Assembly (NCBI GenBank): GCA_951406725.2
Contig: OX597838.1
Span: 4,526,001 to 4,590,000 of the forward strand
Length of the DNA stretch: 64,000 nucleotides
Origin: Octopus vulgaris
Taxonomy: Eukaryota
Direction of reading: 5' to 3'
The translations under genes and the position numbers were made by a program. Of this stretch, positions 26,121 to 41,438 are shown piece by piece; the first letter of the stretch is position 1; each line of letters opens with the position of its first letter. Below the pieces are notes generated by a model. It was not told where the DNA came from. It saw only the letters and a program-made list of their open reading frames with translations, and made no database searches.

Positions 26121-26405
26121 TGTGGAGGCGCAATGGCCCAGTGGTTTGGGCTGCGGACTCGCGGTTTCGATTCCCAGACTGGGCGTTGTGAGTGTTTATT
26201 GAGCGAAAACCCCTAAAGCTCCACGAGGCTCCGGCAGGGAGTTGTGGCGATCCCTGCTGTACTCTTCCGCCACGACTTGCTCACTCTTTCTTCTGTTGGC
26301 CTGCTCGCTTAGCCAGCGGGGTGGCGTCATTTAAAGGCTAAAACAATGTGAAGCGCATTGTGACCAGCGATGTGTAGCAACATCTGATAGTCGGTCACGG
26401 TGAGA
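26121..26405 (+). mobile_element. SINE with family-C head and a different 3' tail
   Basis: Matches C through ...CCCTGCTGTACTCTT..CTCACTCTT, then an unrelated tail GGCCTGCTCGCTTAGCCAGCGGGG...GGTCACGGTGA. Confidence 0.88.
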
Positions 26406-26619
26406 TATATACAACTTAAAATGGACAGTTAGGGCGAAGCGAGACAGAGAGACACAGTAGCTAATATACACGCGCACAATCGCACGTAGCTACGCACATA
26501 CATATCGCTTAATCATAATCTATGACCTCGCTTAATACTTGTTAATTGGAAATACAAAATATGTAAATAAATTTGATTATCATGATGATAATTATCATTA
26601 TCATTTAAAAAATATCTTC

Positions 26620-26807
26620 AATTCTTCTTCTTCTTCTTCTTCTTCTTCTTCTTCTTCTTCTTCTTCTTCTTCTTCTTCTTCTTCTTCTTCTGCTTCTTCT
26701 TCTTCATCATCATCATCATCATCATCATCATCGCCATCTTCTTCTTCTTCGTCTTCTTCTTCCCCTCCTCCTCCTCCTCCTCCTCCTCCTTCTACTTCTT
26801 CTACTTC

Positions 26808-26839
<32 letters not shown>

Positions 26840-27245
26840 CTTCTTCTTCGTCTTCTCATTCTTCTTCTTCTTCTTCTTCTTCTTCTTCTTTTTCATCATC
26901 ATCATCATCATCATCATTACTAACTCTTACTGCTGTTGCCGCTGATGGTGATGATCATGATCATCATGGCTGTCGTCATCACGGTCATTGCCACAGTTAT
27001 CACTGTCGCCGCCACTACCACCATTACCACCACCACCACCACCACCACCATCACCACCGCCACCACTACCATCACCACCATCACCACTGCCACCACCATC
27101 ACCATCAACACTACCACCACCATCACCAGCAACACCATCACTACCTCTACCGTCACCACCACTATTACCACCACCACCAGCACCACCGCTACCACCAGCA
27201 CCGCCGCCACCATCACCACTAGCACCACCATTACTACTACTACTG

Positions 27246-27309
<64 letters not shown>

Positions 27310-27672
27310 ATGTGAAGGCGCATGGCTCAGTGGTTAGAGCGTCGAGCTTACGATCGTGAGGTTGTGAGCTCGAATCCCGGACCGGGCTGCGTGTTGTGTT
27401 CTTGAGCAAGGCACTTTATTTCACGTTGCTCCAGTTCACTCAGCTGTAGAAATGAGTTGCGACGTCACAGGTGCCAAGCTGTATCGGCCCCTTTGTCTTT
27501 CCCTTGGATAACACTGGTGGCGGGGAGAGGGGAGGCTGGTATGCATGGGCGACTGTTGGTCTTCCATAACCAACCTTGCCCGGACTTGTGTCTAGGAGGG
27601 TAACTTTCTAGGTGCAATCCCATGGTCTGTGTCGTGACCGAAGGGGGTCTCCGAACTACTACTACTACTACA

Positions 27673-27704
<32 letters not shown>

Positions 27705-27705
27705 A

Positions 27706-27740
<35 letters not shown>

Positions 27741-27856
27741 AACTACTACTACTACAACTACTACTACTACAAGCACCGCCATCACTACCACGCCTCCACC
27801 CCCACCCCACCCCCACCCACACCTCACCCCACCCCCACCCCACCTCACCCCCACCC

Positions 27857-27914
<58 letters not shown>

Positions 27915-28531
27915 CACTACCCCACCACCACAACCACCATCACTACCACCGCCACCAACTCTATTCCCGACGTCGGCATCATAATTACCCAGATTATTGC
28001 AATCCTCATGATCTTTCCTCATCATTGCCCTCCATCGCCATTTCAGGTCTCTCACAGTTCGATAAGGTCCCGCCTCCCCCTCCCCCACCCCCGATCAGTC
28101 ATCAATATTTCTCAGATACGACTCTCTCTCCCTCTCTCTCACTCTTTCCCTCTCTCTCTGTCTCTCCTCCTCTCTCCATATAAGGTTTTTTTTTAAACGA
28201 TACAGAGCCATTCGCTGCTTCAGCCGTTGTTTCGTAACATATTCCTTCCCCTTCGTTTTTCTTATCTCATTAATTAACACTCATCAACTAATCACTTCTT
28301 CTTAGCTTCTTCACATCTTTAATCATTCCTTTCTTTCCAGTTTTCACCCATAACTAAACAGCATCACTTTAATATATGGCAGTCATCCATCTCCTCCTCC
28401 TCCTCCTCCTCCTCCTCCTCCTCCTCTTCTTCTTCTTCTCTTCTTCTCCTTTTCCTCCTCCTCCTCCTCCTCCCCCTCATCCCCTTCTTCTTCTTCTTCT
28501 TCTTCTTCTTCTCCCCTCTTCTCCTTCTTCT

Positions 28532-28563
<32 letters not shown>

Positions 28564-28802
28564 TTCTCCTCCCCCTCTTCTTCTTCTTCTTCTTCTTTTT
28601 CTTCTCCCCTCTTCTCCTTCTTCTTCTTTTTCTTCTCCCCTCTTCTTCTTCTTCTTCTTCTTCTTCTTCTTCTTCTTCGTCTTCTTCTTTTTCTTACAAT
28701 TCTTCTTCTTCTTCATGTCCTTATCATTGCTTTGATCATAGCCATCCTCCTCATTATCAAATAACCGTTAATCATGATCATCTCCATCATCACTACCAGC
28801 AC

Positions 28803-28873
<71 letters not shown>

Positions 28874-29230
28874 CCATCATTGTCGTCATCGTTGTCGTCA
28901 TTGTAGTCATCGTCATCGCCACCACCACCACCCATACAGTCGTCGTCGTAATCGTCATCGGTGTCATCACCGTCACCATCACCATAATCGACAGCATTAG
29001 TGTTATCATTATACTCACCTTCGTCACTGTAGCCACTACGATTACAACACCACCCCAGCCACCACAGCTACCGCAACTACCACCACCACCACCACCACCA
29101 TCGTACAAGCAACATCTTCCTCATCATCATTATGTTCTTCATTCTTTCCGCCGCCGCCGCCACCACCATCACCATCGCCGCCGTCCTCGGTTTTCTTCGT
29201 CCTTATCGTCGTCGTCGTCGTCGTGGTATT
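26620..29230. repeat. Mosaic of trinucleotide microsatellites (TTC, CAT, CAC, ACT, CCT)
   Basis: Direct reading; source of the poly-S/H/T/Y ORFs. Confidence 0.93.
27312..27651 (+). mobile_element. tRNA-derived CORE-like SINE family E
   Basis: Head GGCGCATGGCTCAGTGG..CTCGAATCCC, same CORE-like block as D, different tail; inserted within (ACT)n. Confidence 0.9.
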
Positions 29231-30214
29231 CGTCGCCACCGCCGCCGCCATCACAGACTTCGTCGTCTGTAAATATTCTCCCGTTCCCGAGTTTATTCTT
29301 TTGTATAAATACTTCCCCACCACCAACCCCCTTTCCCCCCTTGCACTGTCTCTCTCTCTCACCTTCCCCTCCCTCCTCTCACCCCTTCCCACACCACTCA
29401 ATCAATTATTTAAATACTTGACATTTCTAATTAACAAAATATCGATTTTTCTTTAACATAAAAAAGAAAAACCCAACCAAAAAATTGTGTTTGTAGTAGC
29501 AGTAGCCGTAGTAGTAGTTTGTTGTTGTTGTTACTGTTTAGTTTCAGGTCAAAGCTGATCTAGCAAATTTAAGAAAGGTCAAAGACGTTCCAAACGTGAT
29601 CATTCCGTCGATATTTCAAACGTATTGGTATTTTATAATACGTTATCCAAAGTATACTTTAAAACTTCATTACGGTAGTGTATGCGTTATGAGGGAGGTT
29701 TAGCTGCTATATATTGCATATCACCGTTCAGAAACGCACCGGTTTCTTCTCTAGCCACAGGATAGTCCTAATTCAAAAAGCCTTCGACCGAAAGCATTCC
29801 AGTCGTGATCAATATCACTGTTTTTCAGATATAATGAATCAAAGACTTCATTATTGTATGTATGTATATGTGTATGTATGTATGCCATTGTTCAGTTTTA
29901 TTTCAATATTTCTTGCCAATAGAGAAAGAGCCGGTTTCTAACCTAGATTCAAGGCTCCTTCATTGGAATTTCAACATCAACAACAGCGTATATATGTATG
30001 TATGTATGTATCTATCTATGTTAGTTCTATTTTTTTATTATTATATATTTTCCACTGTAAAGGGAGTCGGTTTCCAACAAAGATACAAAACTCCATCTTT
30101 GGGATGTAGTTAACACAGGCAAATTCACAATTGGAACTTGAGAAAAATTCTTGCATATTTTAACTGTTCCACTTACAGATTGCACTTGTCATGTACGAAT
30201 CAGCCGGTCGATTT

Positions 30215-30249
30215 ATGTATGTATGTATGTATGTATGTATGTATGTATG

Positions 30250-30283
<34 letters not shown>

Positions 30284-31075
30284 TGTATGTATGTATGTAT
30301 GTATGTATGTATGTATGTATGTATGTATGTATGTATGTATGTATGTATGTATGTATGTATGTATGTATGTAGTGTGTATGTATGCGTGTATGCATGAATG
30401 TATGTATATGTGCAGATTTGTATGTTTTATGTATGTCATCTCATGCATATGCTTGCCTATCTGTGTGTCTATCTGTCTGATTGTCTGTATGCATGTATGT
30501 ATGTATGTATGAATGTACGTACGTACAAATTTATGTATGTATGTATTCATGTACGTACGTACGTTCGTACGCATGTATGTCTATCTGAATGGTTGTATGT
30601 ATATGTATGTCTGTGTGTAACCGTCTGTCTCTATGCATGTATGTATGTATGTATGCATGTATGTATGTATGTATGTATGTATGTATGTATGTATGTATGT
30701 ATGTATGTATGTGTGTATGTATGTATGTGTGTATGTATGTATGTATGTATGTATGTATGTATGTATGTATGTATGTATGTATGTGTGTATGTGTGTATGT
30801 GTGTGTATGTATGTATGTATGTATGTATGTGTGTATGTGTGTGTATGTATGTATGTGTGTATGTATGTATGTATGTATGTATGTATGTATGTATGTATGT
30901 ATGTATGTATGCATGTATGTATATATGTATGCATGCATGCATGTATGTATGTATGTATGTATGTATGTATGTTTGTATGTATGTGTGTATGTATGTATGC
31001 ATGTATGTATATATGTATGTATGTATGCATGCATGCATGTATGTATGTATGTATGTATGTATGTATGTATGCATG
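30215..31075. repeat. (TATG)n microsatellite block
   Basis: Direct reading. Confidence 0.97.
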
Positions 31076-31592
31076 TGCGTGTGTGTTTGTATGTATTTGA
31101 TGAGCCTGATCGTTCGCCGAAAGCAATCACATTTTCAAATTTTGCAAAATAATGCTGTGTTTGCAAAAAGCGGGGCTTCTTGAAATTATTCTATAGCAAG
31201 CAAATGCTTTGGCAAAGCAATTCAGTATCGTAGCAGATAATTAAATTTACTAATTAAATAAACCTCCTATGTATATTTTCCTAAAACATGCATGATTTAA
31301 ATAAAAACACGATGAAGGAAAATAAAGCAAAACGTCGCCGATGATAGAGATACATCTGTTGAAAGATTCGAATGTATGATAGGTAAAAAAAGAAAACAAC
31401 AAACACAGAATCTAGTTAGAGAAAATGTTCAAAAGTTGATTCATGAAAGCCAGTTGCAAATCTTTTAAGGAGTCGTTATCAAAACAGCCATCTAAATTTT
31501 GTTAAGACGCGAAATAAGAAACCTTTTAAGCGACCCCGTGCACGTTGCTGGTCCAATCTAATATGTTTAGAAAATAGAGGAAACAGTGAAGT

Positions 31593-31642
<50 letters not shown>

Positions 31643-31644
31643 GC

Positions 31645-31806
31645 GTAGGAGTGGCTGTGTGGTAAGTAGCTTGCTTACCAACCACATGGTTCCGGGTTCA
31701 GTCCCACTGCGTGGCACCTTGGCCAAGTGTCTTCTACTATAGCCTTGGGCTGACCAAAACCTTGTGACTGGATTTGGTAGACGGAAACTGAAAGAAGCCC
31801 GTCGTA
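31645..31806 (+). mobile_element. SINE A 5' half
   Basis: gtaggagtggctgtgtggtaagtagc...aaagaagcccgtcg. Confidence 0.92.
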
Positions 31807-31821
31807 TATATGTATATATAT

Positions 31822-32200
31822 GGACAGACAAAGGGATTAAGTCAATTAAGTCGATTACATTGACCCCAGTGCGTAACTGGTATTTTATTTATCGACCCCG
31901 AAAGGATGAAAGGTAAAGTCGACCTCGACGGAATTTGAACTTAGAACGTAACAGCAGACGAAATACCTATTTCTTTACTACCCATCAGGGGTTAAACACA
32001 GAGAGGACAAACAAGAACAGACAAAGGGATTAAGTCGATTACATCGACCCCAGTGCGTAACTGGTGCTTTATTTATCGACCCCGAAAGGATGAAATACAA
32101 AGTCGACCTCGGCGGAATTTGAACTCAGAACGTAAAGGCAGACGAAATACGGCTACGCATTTCGCCCGGCGTGTTAACGATTGTGCCAGCTCGCCGCCTT
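31822..32200 (-). mobile_element. SINE B dimer adjoining the SINE A head
   Basis: Two body units joined at gacgaaatacc|tatttctttact (31967/31968); head ends at gccagctcgccgcctt. Confidence 0.9.
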
Positions 32201-32203
32201 AAT

Positions 32204-32321
<118 letters not shown>

Positions 32322-32794
32322 TATATATATATACTACATATAAAATGCACATATATTCTATGCACACACACAGATATATTTATGCTTTGTTTTATGTGTA
32401 TAATGTTATATAAGCGCGAATGTAGCAACACTTGACATGCGTTCGTTTCTTCCAGCTGTGGAGATGGAAGACATCAGCTGACATTTTCATCACACTTTAT
32501 CTTCTAACCAACTCTGGACAAAAAAAAATTTCAAAGAAATATAGAAATGGATAAAAAAAGGAATCGAAACGAAAATATCTCTTTTACTTAAAACCAATGG
32601 AAATAACAAAAATAACAAAATTGGTTTATAAAAACAAAACGTGAAGAAAAAAAACTCCCGAAAATCTTTAATTGCAAAATTTAGACATTAAAAAAAAATC
32701 TAATCTCAACTAATTTCGAAAACAGTTTTTGTAATGTAGAATTTGGAAATTAGATATTTTTTCTAAAATGAGTTTTTCTCTACATTTTTATTTC

Positions 32795-32826
<32 letters not shown>

Positions 32827-33011
32827 TTTTTTGTTAGAAAAGATGTGTGTAAGAAGATTCCATCCCAACCGTATGCTTTTGGGTTCAATCGCAGTGCACG
32901 GCACCTTGAGCAAGTGTTTTCTATTGTGACCCAGGGTTGACCAAAACTATACTAGTTGATTTGACAGACGGAAACTAAAGAAGTTCAGCGTGTGTGTGTG
33001 TATATATGCAA

Positions 33012-33042
<31 letters not shown>

Positions 33043-33137
33043 CATATATATTATTATTCAATCCAAGGAAAAAACATTTGTATTTCTCTATTTCCTTTAT
33101 TATTTATGTAAGCATATATATATATATTTATATATAA

Positions 33138-33265
<128 letters not shown>

Positions 33266-33409
33266 ATATATAAAATGATGTAGCTTTGTCGAAGCATTGT
33301 GAGGAACAACTTTAAAGAATGTAATTGTATACAGCCGGAACAATACGAGAAGGTACAAAATAAACTAGAAATTGAAAAGGAAACAGAAAAAAGTTGCAGT
33401 TTTACCTTG

Positions 33410-33451
33410 AATTTCTATATTTCGGGCTGAAAACCTCTTCTTCAGGATATT
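33410..33451 (-). ncRNA. Candidate minimal type-I hammerhead motif
   Basis: Minus strand reads AATATC-CTGAAGA-AGAGGTT-TTC-AGCCC-GAAA-TA-TA-GAAATT; core boxes intact, stems short or imperfect. Confidence 0.4.
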
Positions 33452-35103
33452 TGTAGAAGCAGTAGTTGGAAAAGGTTAATTTAAATCACATTGTACAGTT
33501 GTAATGAAGAAAAAATATCATTATCATTAACTTTAATGATTCATTTTCTGATTCATTTTGTTTCATTGAATTGAAATGTTATCAAGAAAATGTTTTTATT
33601 CTAAATAAGCTTTTAGAAATTTTATTCTTACAAGAGAGAACTATATGCTGCTGATGTCATGAGAATTTATAAATTTCTTTGAGAACGCGAAATAATTCTT
33701 TGTAAGAACTTTGAATCTAGAAGCAGATTAAGTATTACTTCGCGTTCTCTCGAAGGTTCTAGATTCTTATGACTTCAACAATATATTTTATCTCGCTTCT
33801 GTACTTGGCTTTCAGACAGAGACAAGGCAGATCATGAAGAGAGAGGAAGCATGTCACTGATGATGTAAATAGCGACGAAAAGACTTAGACAAACAAACAA
33901 CCGATTGAATTTTTAACCAACACATTAAACAAATGACCGATTAATTAGTTGGGTAAATATTAAACCAATTGACTTACAATAAAGAAGTGGTATTGAACCA
34001 GTGCGTGTGTTTACTATTATTTGCATAATGACCCTCTCAAGACGCAGCAAAATACATTTTGTCGTTTAACACCGTCCTAAAATGCTTTTCCATAATACAA
34101 TATATTACGTTTACCTCTCATTATATTGAATCTATCGTATCCTCTCTCTCCTTCTGTATATCTATCCTTTCTACAGTCTATCTCTTAATTAGATTTACGT
34201 TAATTTCGCTAGTATCTTTTTTTCCCCAGCTTCACAGCATCTTTTCTGCAATGTCTGCTGAATTCATCTGGTGGAGGCAGAAGGAAAGACAGACAGGCGG
34301 CTTCTCTTTAAAAACACATTTCGGTTCAGGGATTAAACCGACAGGAATTTAATACAGAAACATAAGACGTAAGACAGAGACAAGTAAATCGCTACGCTGC
34401 AAATCTCGTAACGAGACGGGACGGGACGAGACGAGACGTTATAGTTACACCAAAATATGTCACTGAATACAAATAGAGAGAAAGCACACACACACACACA
34501 CACACTCACAAATACACATGTACATACACACGCACAAACATTTATTTCCCTCTTTATATGTATGTATGTATGTGTGTATGTATGTATGTATCTATCTATC
34601 TATCTCTCTCTCTATATATATATATAAACATATGCATCTATATATGTATGCACATGTATATATGTATATATATATGTATATCTGACTATATATATGCATA
34701 CATGTATTCATTTATATGTCTATATATATATAGATACATATATATATATTTATATATATATACACATATATATATATCTTTATATATATAAAGATGCATA
34801 TATGTATATATATATGCATGTATATACTCATATGCATGTATATACGTGTGCACAACCATTCCTACCACCCTACACACGCAGTCTCACAGAGTAGATTTAA
34901 TAGTAAGATCTGAGAATATAAACAAAGAGAGAGTAAAAAGGAAAAAAATAAATAGAGTCATGTAAGGTAGAGACGATGGCAAAAAAGAAAAACAAAAAAC
35001 AAAAAAGACTGCCAAGAAAGAAGACAAATGCCTAAATCATAAAACAAACAAAAAACAAAATAATAACACATTAACATAAGTAAATGAAAAACATACGCAT
35101 ATA

Positions 35104-35138
<35 letters not shown>

Positions 35139-35160
35139 ATGTGTGTTTGTGGGTGTAGGT

Positions 35161-35206
<46 letters not shown>

Positions 35207-35389
35207 TCTACCTAATATGTTATTCTACCTAATATATAAGTTTTTATTATTATTTTGTAATTTATTTACTCATCGGTATAATATTGTTATTTTTAATATT
35301 TCTATTATATGTAATTTTCTAGATGGTGTAATTTAATTGTTCATTTTGAATTGATAAAAGGTGTTTTCTTTCCTAATTTATATACATAC

Positions 35390-35455
<66 letters not shown>

Positions 35456-36044
35456 TTATGAAAGTATGTACTCTCACATACATGCGTACATGTCTGTATA
35501 TAGTTCTCTGTGAATGTGAATATGTGTATGCATGTATGTGTGCGTACATAAACTTGTATGCATTTGCGCGCGCGCGCGTGCGTGTGTGTGTGTGGTTCTT
35601 CAGACGGTAGTTATTGGGGGAGCTTTTTTTTTTTTCATTATGTCTGGTTTACAACTTTCTAAAGAAACTGAAGATATTATTCCTGTGCCAAAGTCATTTG
35701 GTAAGTACCTCCAAGTAGGTACGCTCCTAAGCTGACAGACAATTTGATAGCAGCAACGGCGTAAGCCATTTTACCAAGGAAAATCTATTGTACGAGCGCG
35801 TGCGACCGTGTACTTGCGTTTGCATACATACATACATGCATACATACACACATACATACATACATACATGCATACAGGCATATATATACATCATACATAC
35901 ATACAATCATATATATACATCATACATACATACAATCATATATATGCATCATACATACATACAATCATATATATATACACACACACATATATATATATGT
36001 ATATGCACATACTTATATATAGGCACTCATATATGTTTATATAC

Positions 36045-36084
<40 letters not shown>

Positions 36085-36384
36085 ATATACATATACACAC
36101 AGAGATAAGCAGACATCTGTATGTATATGAATATAAATGTAAATCTATATATGGTATTTGTAAACTCATATGTCTGCTTGTGTGTACATACATAAATATA
36201 TACATACATATATACATACATATATGCGCACATATATATATACATAAATATATATATATATATATATCTTTATATGTATGTATATACATACTTACATAGA
36301 TACATAGACACAAACACATGCACATATATATATATGTATATACATATATATATCCACATTATGAGTGCAAAATCCTCGTCACTA

Positions 36385-36545
<161 letters not shown>

Positions 36546-36899
36546 TAATTTGAATCTGTCTGAAGTAAGCAGACTTCACTTTCGATTTCGTGCGAACATT
36601 CAGCGGAGACACCAAGATGAACGTCTTTCAAATTTTTTCGTTTCTGGCGATTGCACTTTCATAGTTCGCAGCAGGCCACGGTTCGTTTCTCACAACAGAA
36701 AAACAAACTCCTACGTAAATATATATACATGTAATTGTCATGGCACATGCGTGGTTGCATGGTGATAGGTTATCTTTCCAACCAAATGGTACCGGGTTCA
36801 GTCTCGGCAACTAGCACCTCGGACACTACTATATTAAATCTACTATATTAAATCAAAGCCTTGTTAGGCAAATCCAGGCAAATCAACTGAACATTGAGG

Positions 36900-37562
36900 T
36901 CGATGGTTGAATACCTTCCCAGAGAGCCATGAACTGCTAACAAAACTTTACAACAATGTTTTGCAACAACCTAGTGTGATTCCCTCTTTGCTAGTTAATG
37001 GGTGTTACATTACTACTTCTAAAAAATGAAGAAACAAATGAACTAAAAAATTATAGACCCATCACCTGCTTAACAACAATATATAAAATACTAACATCTG
37101 TTTCGAGTGAATGTAGTTTTTTTAATAGAAAGTGGCATATTCCCTAATGAGCAAAAAGGTTGTAAACGTGGGTCCTATGGTTGTAAAAGACCAGCTACGC
37201 ATCAATAAGATGATCCCGGAAGTTTGTCACAAACGACACAAAACATATCGATAACCTGGATAGACTATAAAAAGGCTTTTGATAGTCTACCACATAGCTG
37301 GATTAAGAAAAGTATGGAAATGTATAAAATAGCCCTACTCTGCAAAACTTTTTGCCTGTAAATATGAGATCATGGAGAAACACGCTGACTTTGAACAGTG
37401 ACAATGAATCTCTCAATGCTGGAGATGTAAGAATTTCCTGTGGCATTTTCCAGGCTGACCCTCAATCACCACTCCTCTTTTGTTTAGCTTTAATAACTCT
37501 CTCGAGATTGCTCGATGATGTACAATATGGCTATAAAATGTTTGATAAAAATATACATCACT
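36900..37562 (+). mobile_element. R4/Dong-like non-LTR retrotransposon reverse transcriptase fragment (frameshifted)
   Basis: KNYRPITCLTTIYKILTS...EQKGCKRGSYGCK...WIDYKKAFDSLPHSWI...GIFQADPQSPLLFCLAL..LSRLL; typical N-terminal RT motifs of RLE-type LINEs. Confidence 0.88.
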
Positions 37563-37964
37563 CCCTCCATCCATCCAATCGACGTCGTTACCTGAACAGG
37601 TGCACAAGTTTTCCACGCCTCAGGTGTCGAAGTGATCGCAGAGAAACGTGAGATGAAGTGTTTTGCGCAAGAAAAACAACGCACCACCCGGTCTAGGTGT
37701 TGAAACCACGATGTCGCGATCGTGAGCGCTACACTCTAACCACCAGGCCACGTGCCGTCACCAATAACAATCCTTTCTACTCTAGGCACAATACCTGAAA
37801 TATGGAGAGGGCGGGAGTTGATTACATCGCCCCATCCCCCCACTTCTCCACCGGTTCTCAGTTCATCGAAGAAGGCGAAGGAAACACCGGCGCTATTTGA
37901 ACTCTGTCCAGCGTGCTAACGATTCTGCCATCTCACTGCCTTTAACTGTTGCTGGTGCTGCTGT

Positions 37965-39602
<1,638 letters not shown>

Positions 39603-40310
39603 CTGCCAGGGTGCCGGTTATGTGTTAATTAGTATGTAACCACCCAAACCAGGGTAGGTTGAACTCAAAGGATGCAGCACGGTGGATGCGAACTATTTCA
39701 GCGGATGAGCTTATTGGAATCAATGACGAATTACCTGTGGATTGCTGAGCGTTTGAACAGACAACAAATCGTCCACGGCCAGGTTCTCTCAGCAAGCTAT
39801 GGCTATCGTCCGTTTTTTTTGTGGTACGTGCAGGTGAGGTATTTCCTTTTATATGAAAAAAGACCAGCGTGACTAAAACTCCAGCCAGACGTTCATGCCG
39901 TATCGCTCGATCGGGAACATATGGCGTGGAGGAGTTACATGTCGGTAGGCAAGTCAAGTCACCCGATCGAATAAAGGTGATAAAAGCGTTTGTTTCTGTG
40001 TAAATCTGTAGCCTTGATGCGACAAGGAGGTGTTTAAAATTTCAGTGTGTACTACGTCACAATCAACAAGTGCAACATGACGTAGCGATGGGTCTGGCTT
40101 GAGATATAACCTCAAACTTCAGTTCATTCACATTTCGAATTGACGTTCCAAAGCGAATTCTGGTTGATATTTTATATTCATAAATTTCAGGTTTCGAAAC
40201 AGTTCATTTGATAACCTTTGTAGATGAATTAATCGATGTTTTTTCTACTTGATCAGTTTTACTGATTGTATCCTTGATAATTTCGTCCGTGCGTGGATTT
40301 TCTTTTGAAA

Positions 40311-41438
40311 ATGCTCGAAAAGCCTCCGGACGAAAATCTCAACTTGAGAGATTATCTGATGGACCTTTTCTCGAGGATCGGCCATTGTTTCATGAATTTT
40401 TTCTTCTGCTGTTGCATCTCAAGAAATGATGCGTCTGTGGAAGAAATTATTCCTTGCCTCGGTCAAATGCCCACTGTGGACTCATGTACGCAAACCGATT
40501 TCTTACCACGCAAAATAAACGTCTCTCAACAAGTTGTTCCAAATTCAAATGTCTGCACCAATGATTTGAACACAAAATCTGGTTCAACTCCATTGCAAGA
40601 ATCCTCATACAGATCAAGCTCCGCTTCTTATTTAATCGCAACAAACTCTCCTGACTTAAAATCTAAATCTGTTGTCTTCCGTCCAGAGGAAGACATCATT
40701 GAATCAAAGGTTATTCTCGATTCAAATGAAGATTCCACTCCTATTGTTAGAGCCAAAACTGTTTCTTTCTGCCTCGAAGATGATATCTATGAACCTAAGC
40801 TTGTTCATGACATAATGGTTAGAAGCGCTTCAGCAAAAACTACTAACCTCCAATCACTCTACGATTTCCACGATCAAACTAATGTTCAAGAACTTGATGA
40901 CGAAATTGCCTCCGATTCTGATTCCTTTTATACGGCAGAACCAATGCATAGTTCAAAGTTGTCTTATGATTCAGACCTAGGTAGCTATGTTGACTCAGGC
41001 ACGGATAGCAACAAAAGTGAATCCTATCATACTGTAGAACAAGCATCTGACCAAGAAGAAGGGGAATGTCTTTCGTTGAAAAATTTAAAATACATTTTGG
41101 GTCCAGGTGTAAAAAATGTTGGTCATGGGAATGTAAAATTAATTTCTGTATCACCCTGTCCAGACATTTGTAAAGCAGTCTGTTTTAAAGCCTTCCATGA
41201 TTCACGTAAAGGCTGCTCAACCAGGGACATCGATAATTCAACTGAGGGAAAATGTTCTTCTCTGGAGCGTCGTGGATCGCAAGAGCCGGACGGTGTTCCG
41301 AGCATGGGTAAAGGAAATCCGGAGAAGGGCAAAAAACACAAAGTGAAAGAATTGAACAACTCTTCTACAGGTGTATCTTCTGTTCCATGGCCTGACGATT
41401 TCAGAGACTTTGAAGAGATAGATCTAGAAGAGGTGTAG
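40311..41438 (+). CDS. Hypothetical 375-aa Ser/Asp/Glu-rich, largely disordered protein (single-exon gene, retrogene or large exon)
   Basis: 1128-bp stop-free ORF in non-repetitive AT-rich DNA; ATG with A at -3; no TE motifs; internal peptide repeats KSVVFRPEEDI/KTVSFCLEDDI and SFYTAEP/SYHTVEQ. Confidence 0.7.
   Translation: MLEKPPDENLNLRDYLMDLFSRIGHCFMNFFFCCCISRNDASVEEIIPCLGQMPTVDSCTQTDFLPRKINVSQQVVPNSNVCTNDLNTKSGSTPLQESSYRSSSASYLIATNSPDLKSKSVVFRPEEDIIESKVILDSNEDSTPIVRAKTVSFCLEDDIYEPKLVHDIMVRSASAKTTNLQSLYDFHDQTNVQELDDEIASDSDSFYTAEPMHSSKLSYDSDLGSYVDSGTDSNKSESYHTVEQASDQEEGECLSLKNLKYILGPGVKNVGHGNVKLISVSPCPDICKAVCFKAFHDSRKGCSTRDIDNSTEGKCSSLERRGSQEPDGVPSMGKGNPEKGKKHKVKELNNSSTGVSSVPWPDDFRDFEEIDLEEV

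Noticed and set aside
33857-33890. CTGATGA...GAAA spacing (also 44150-44172)
   Set aside because: No convincing stems I-III; expected by chance
39625-39957. 110-aa minus-strand ORF upstream of the orphan gene
   Set aside because: Non-ATG start, no motifs, length compatible with chance
40293-40310. GTG start given in the ORF track
   Set aside because: In a eukaryote the in-frame ATG at 40311 with A at -3 is the more plausible start
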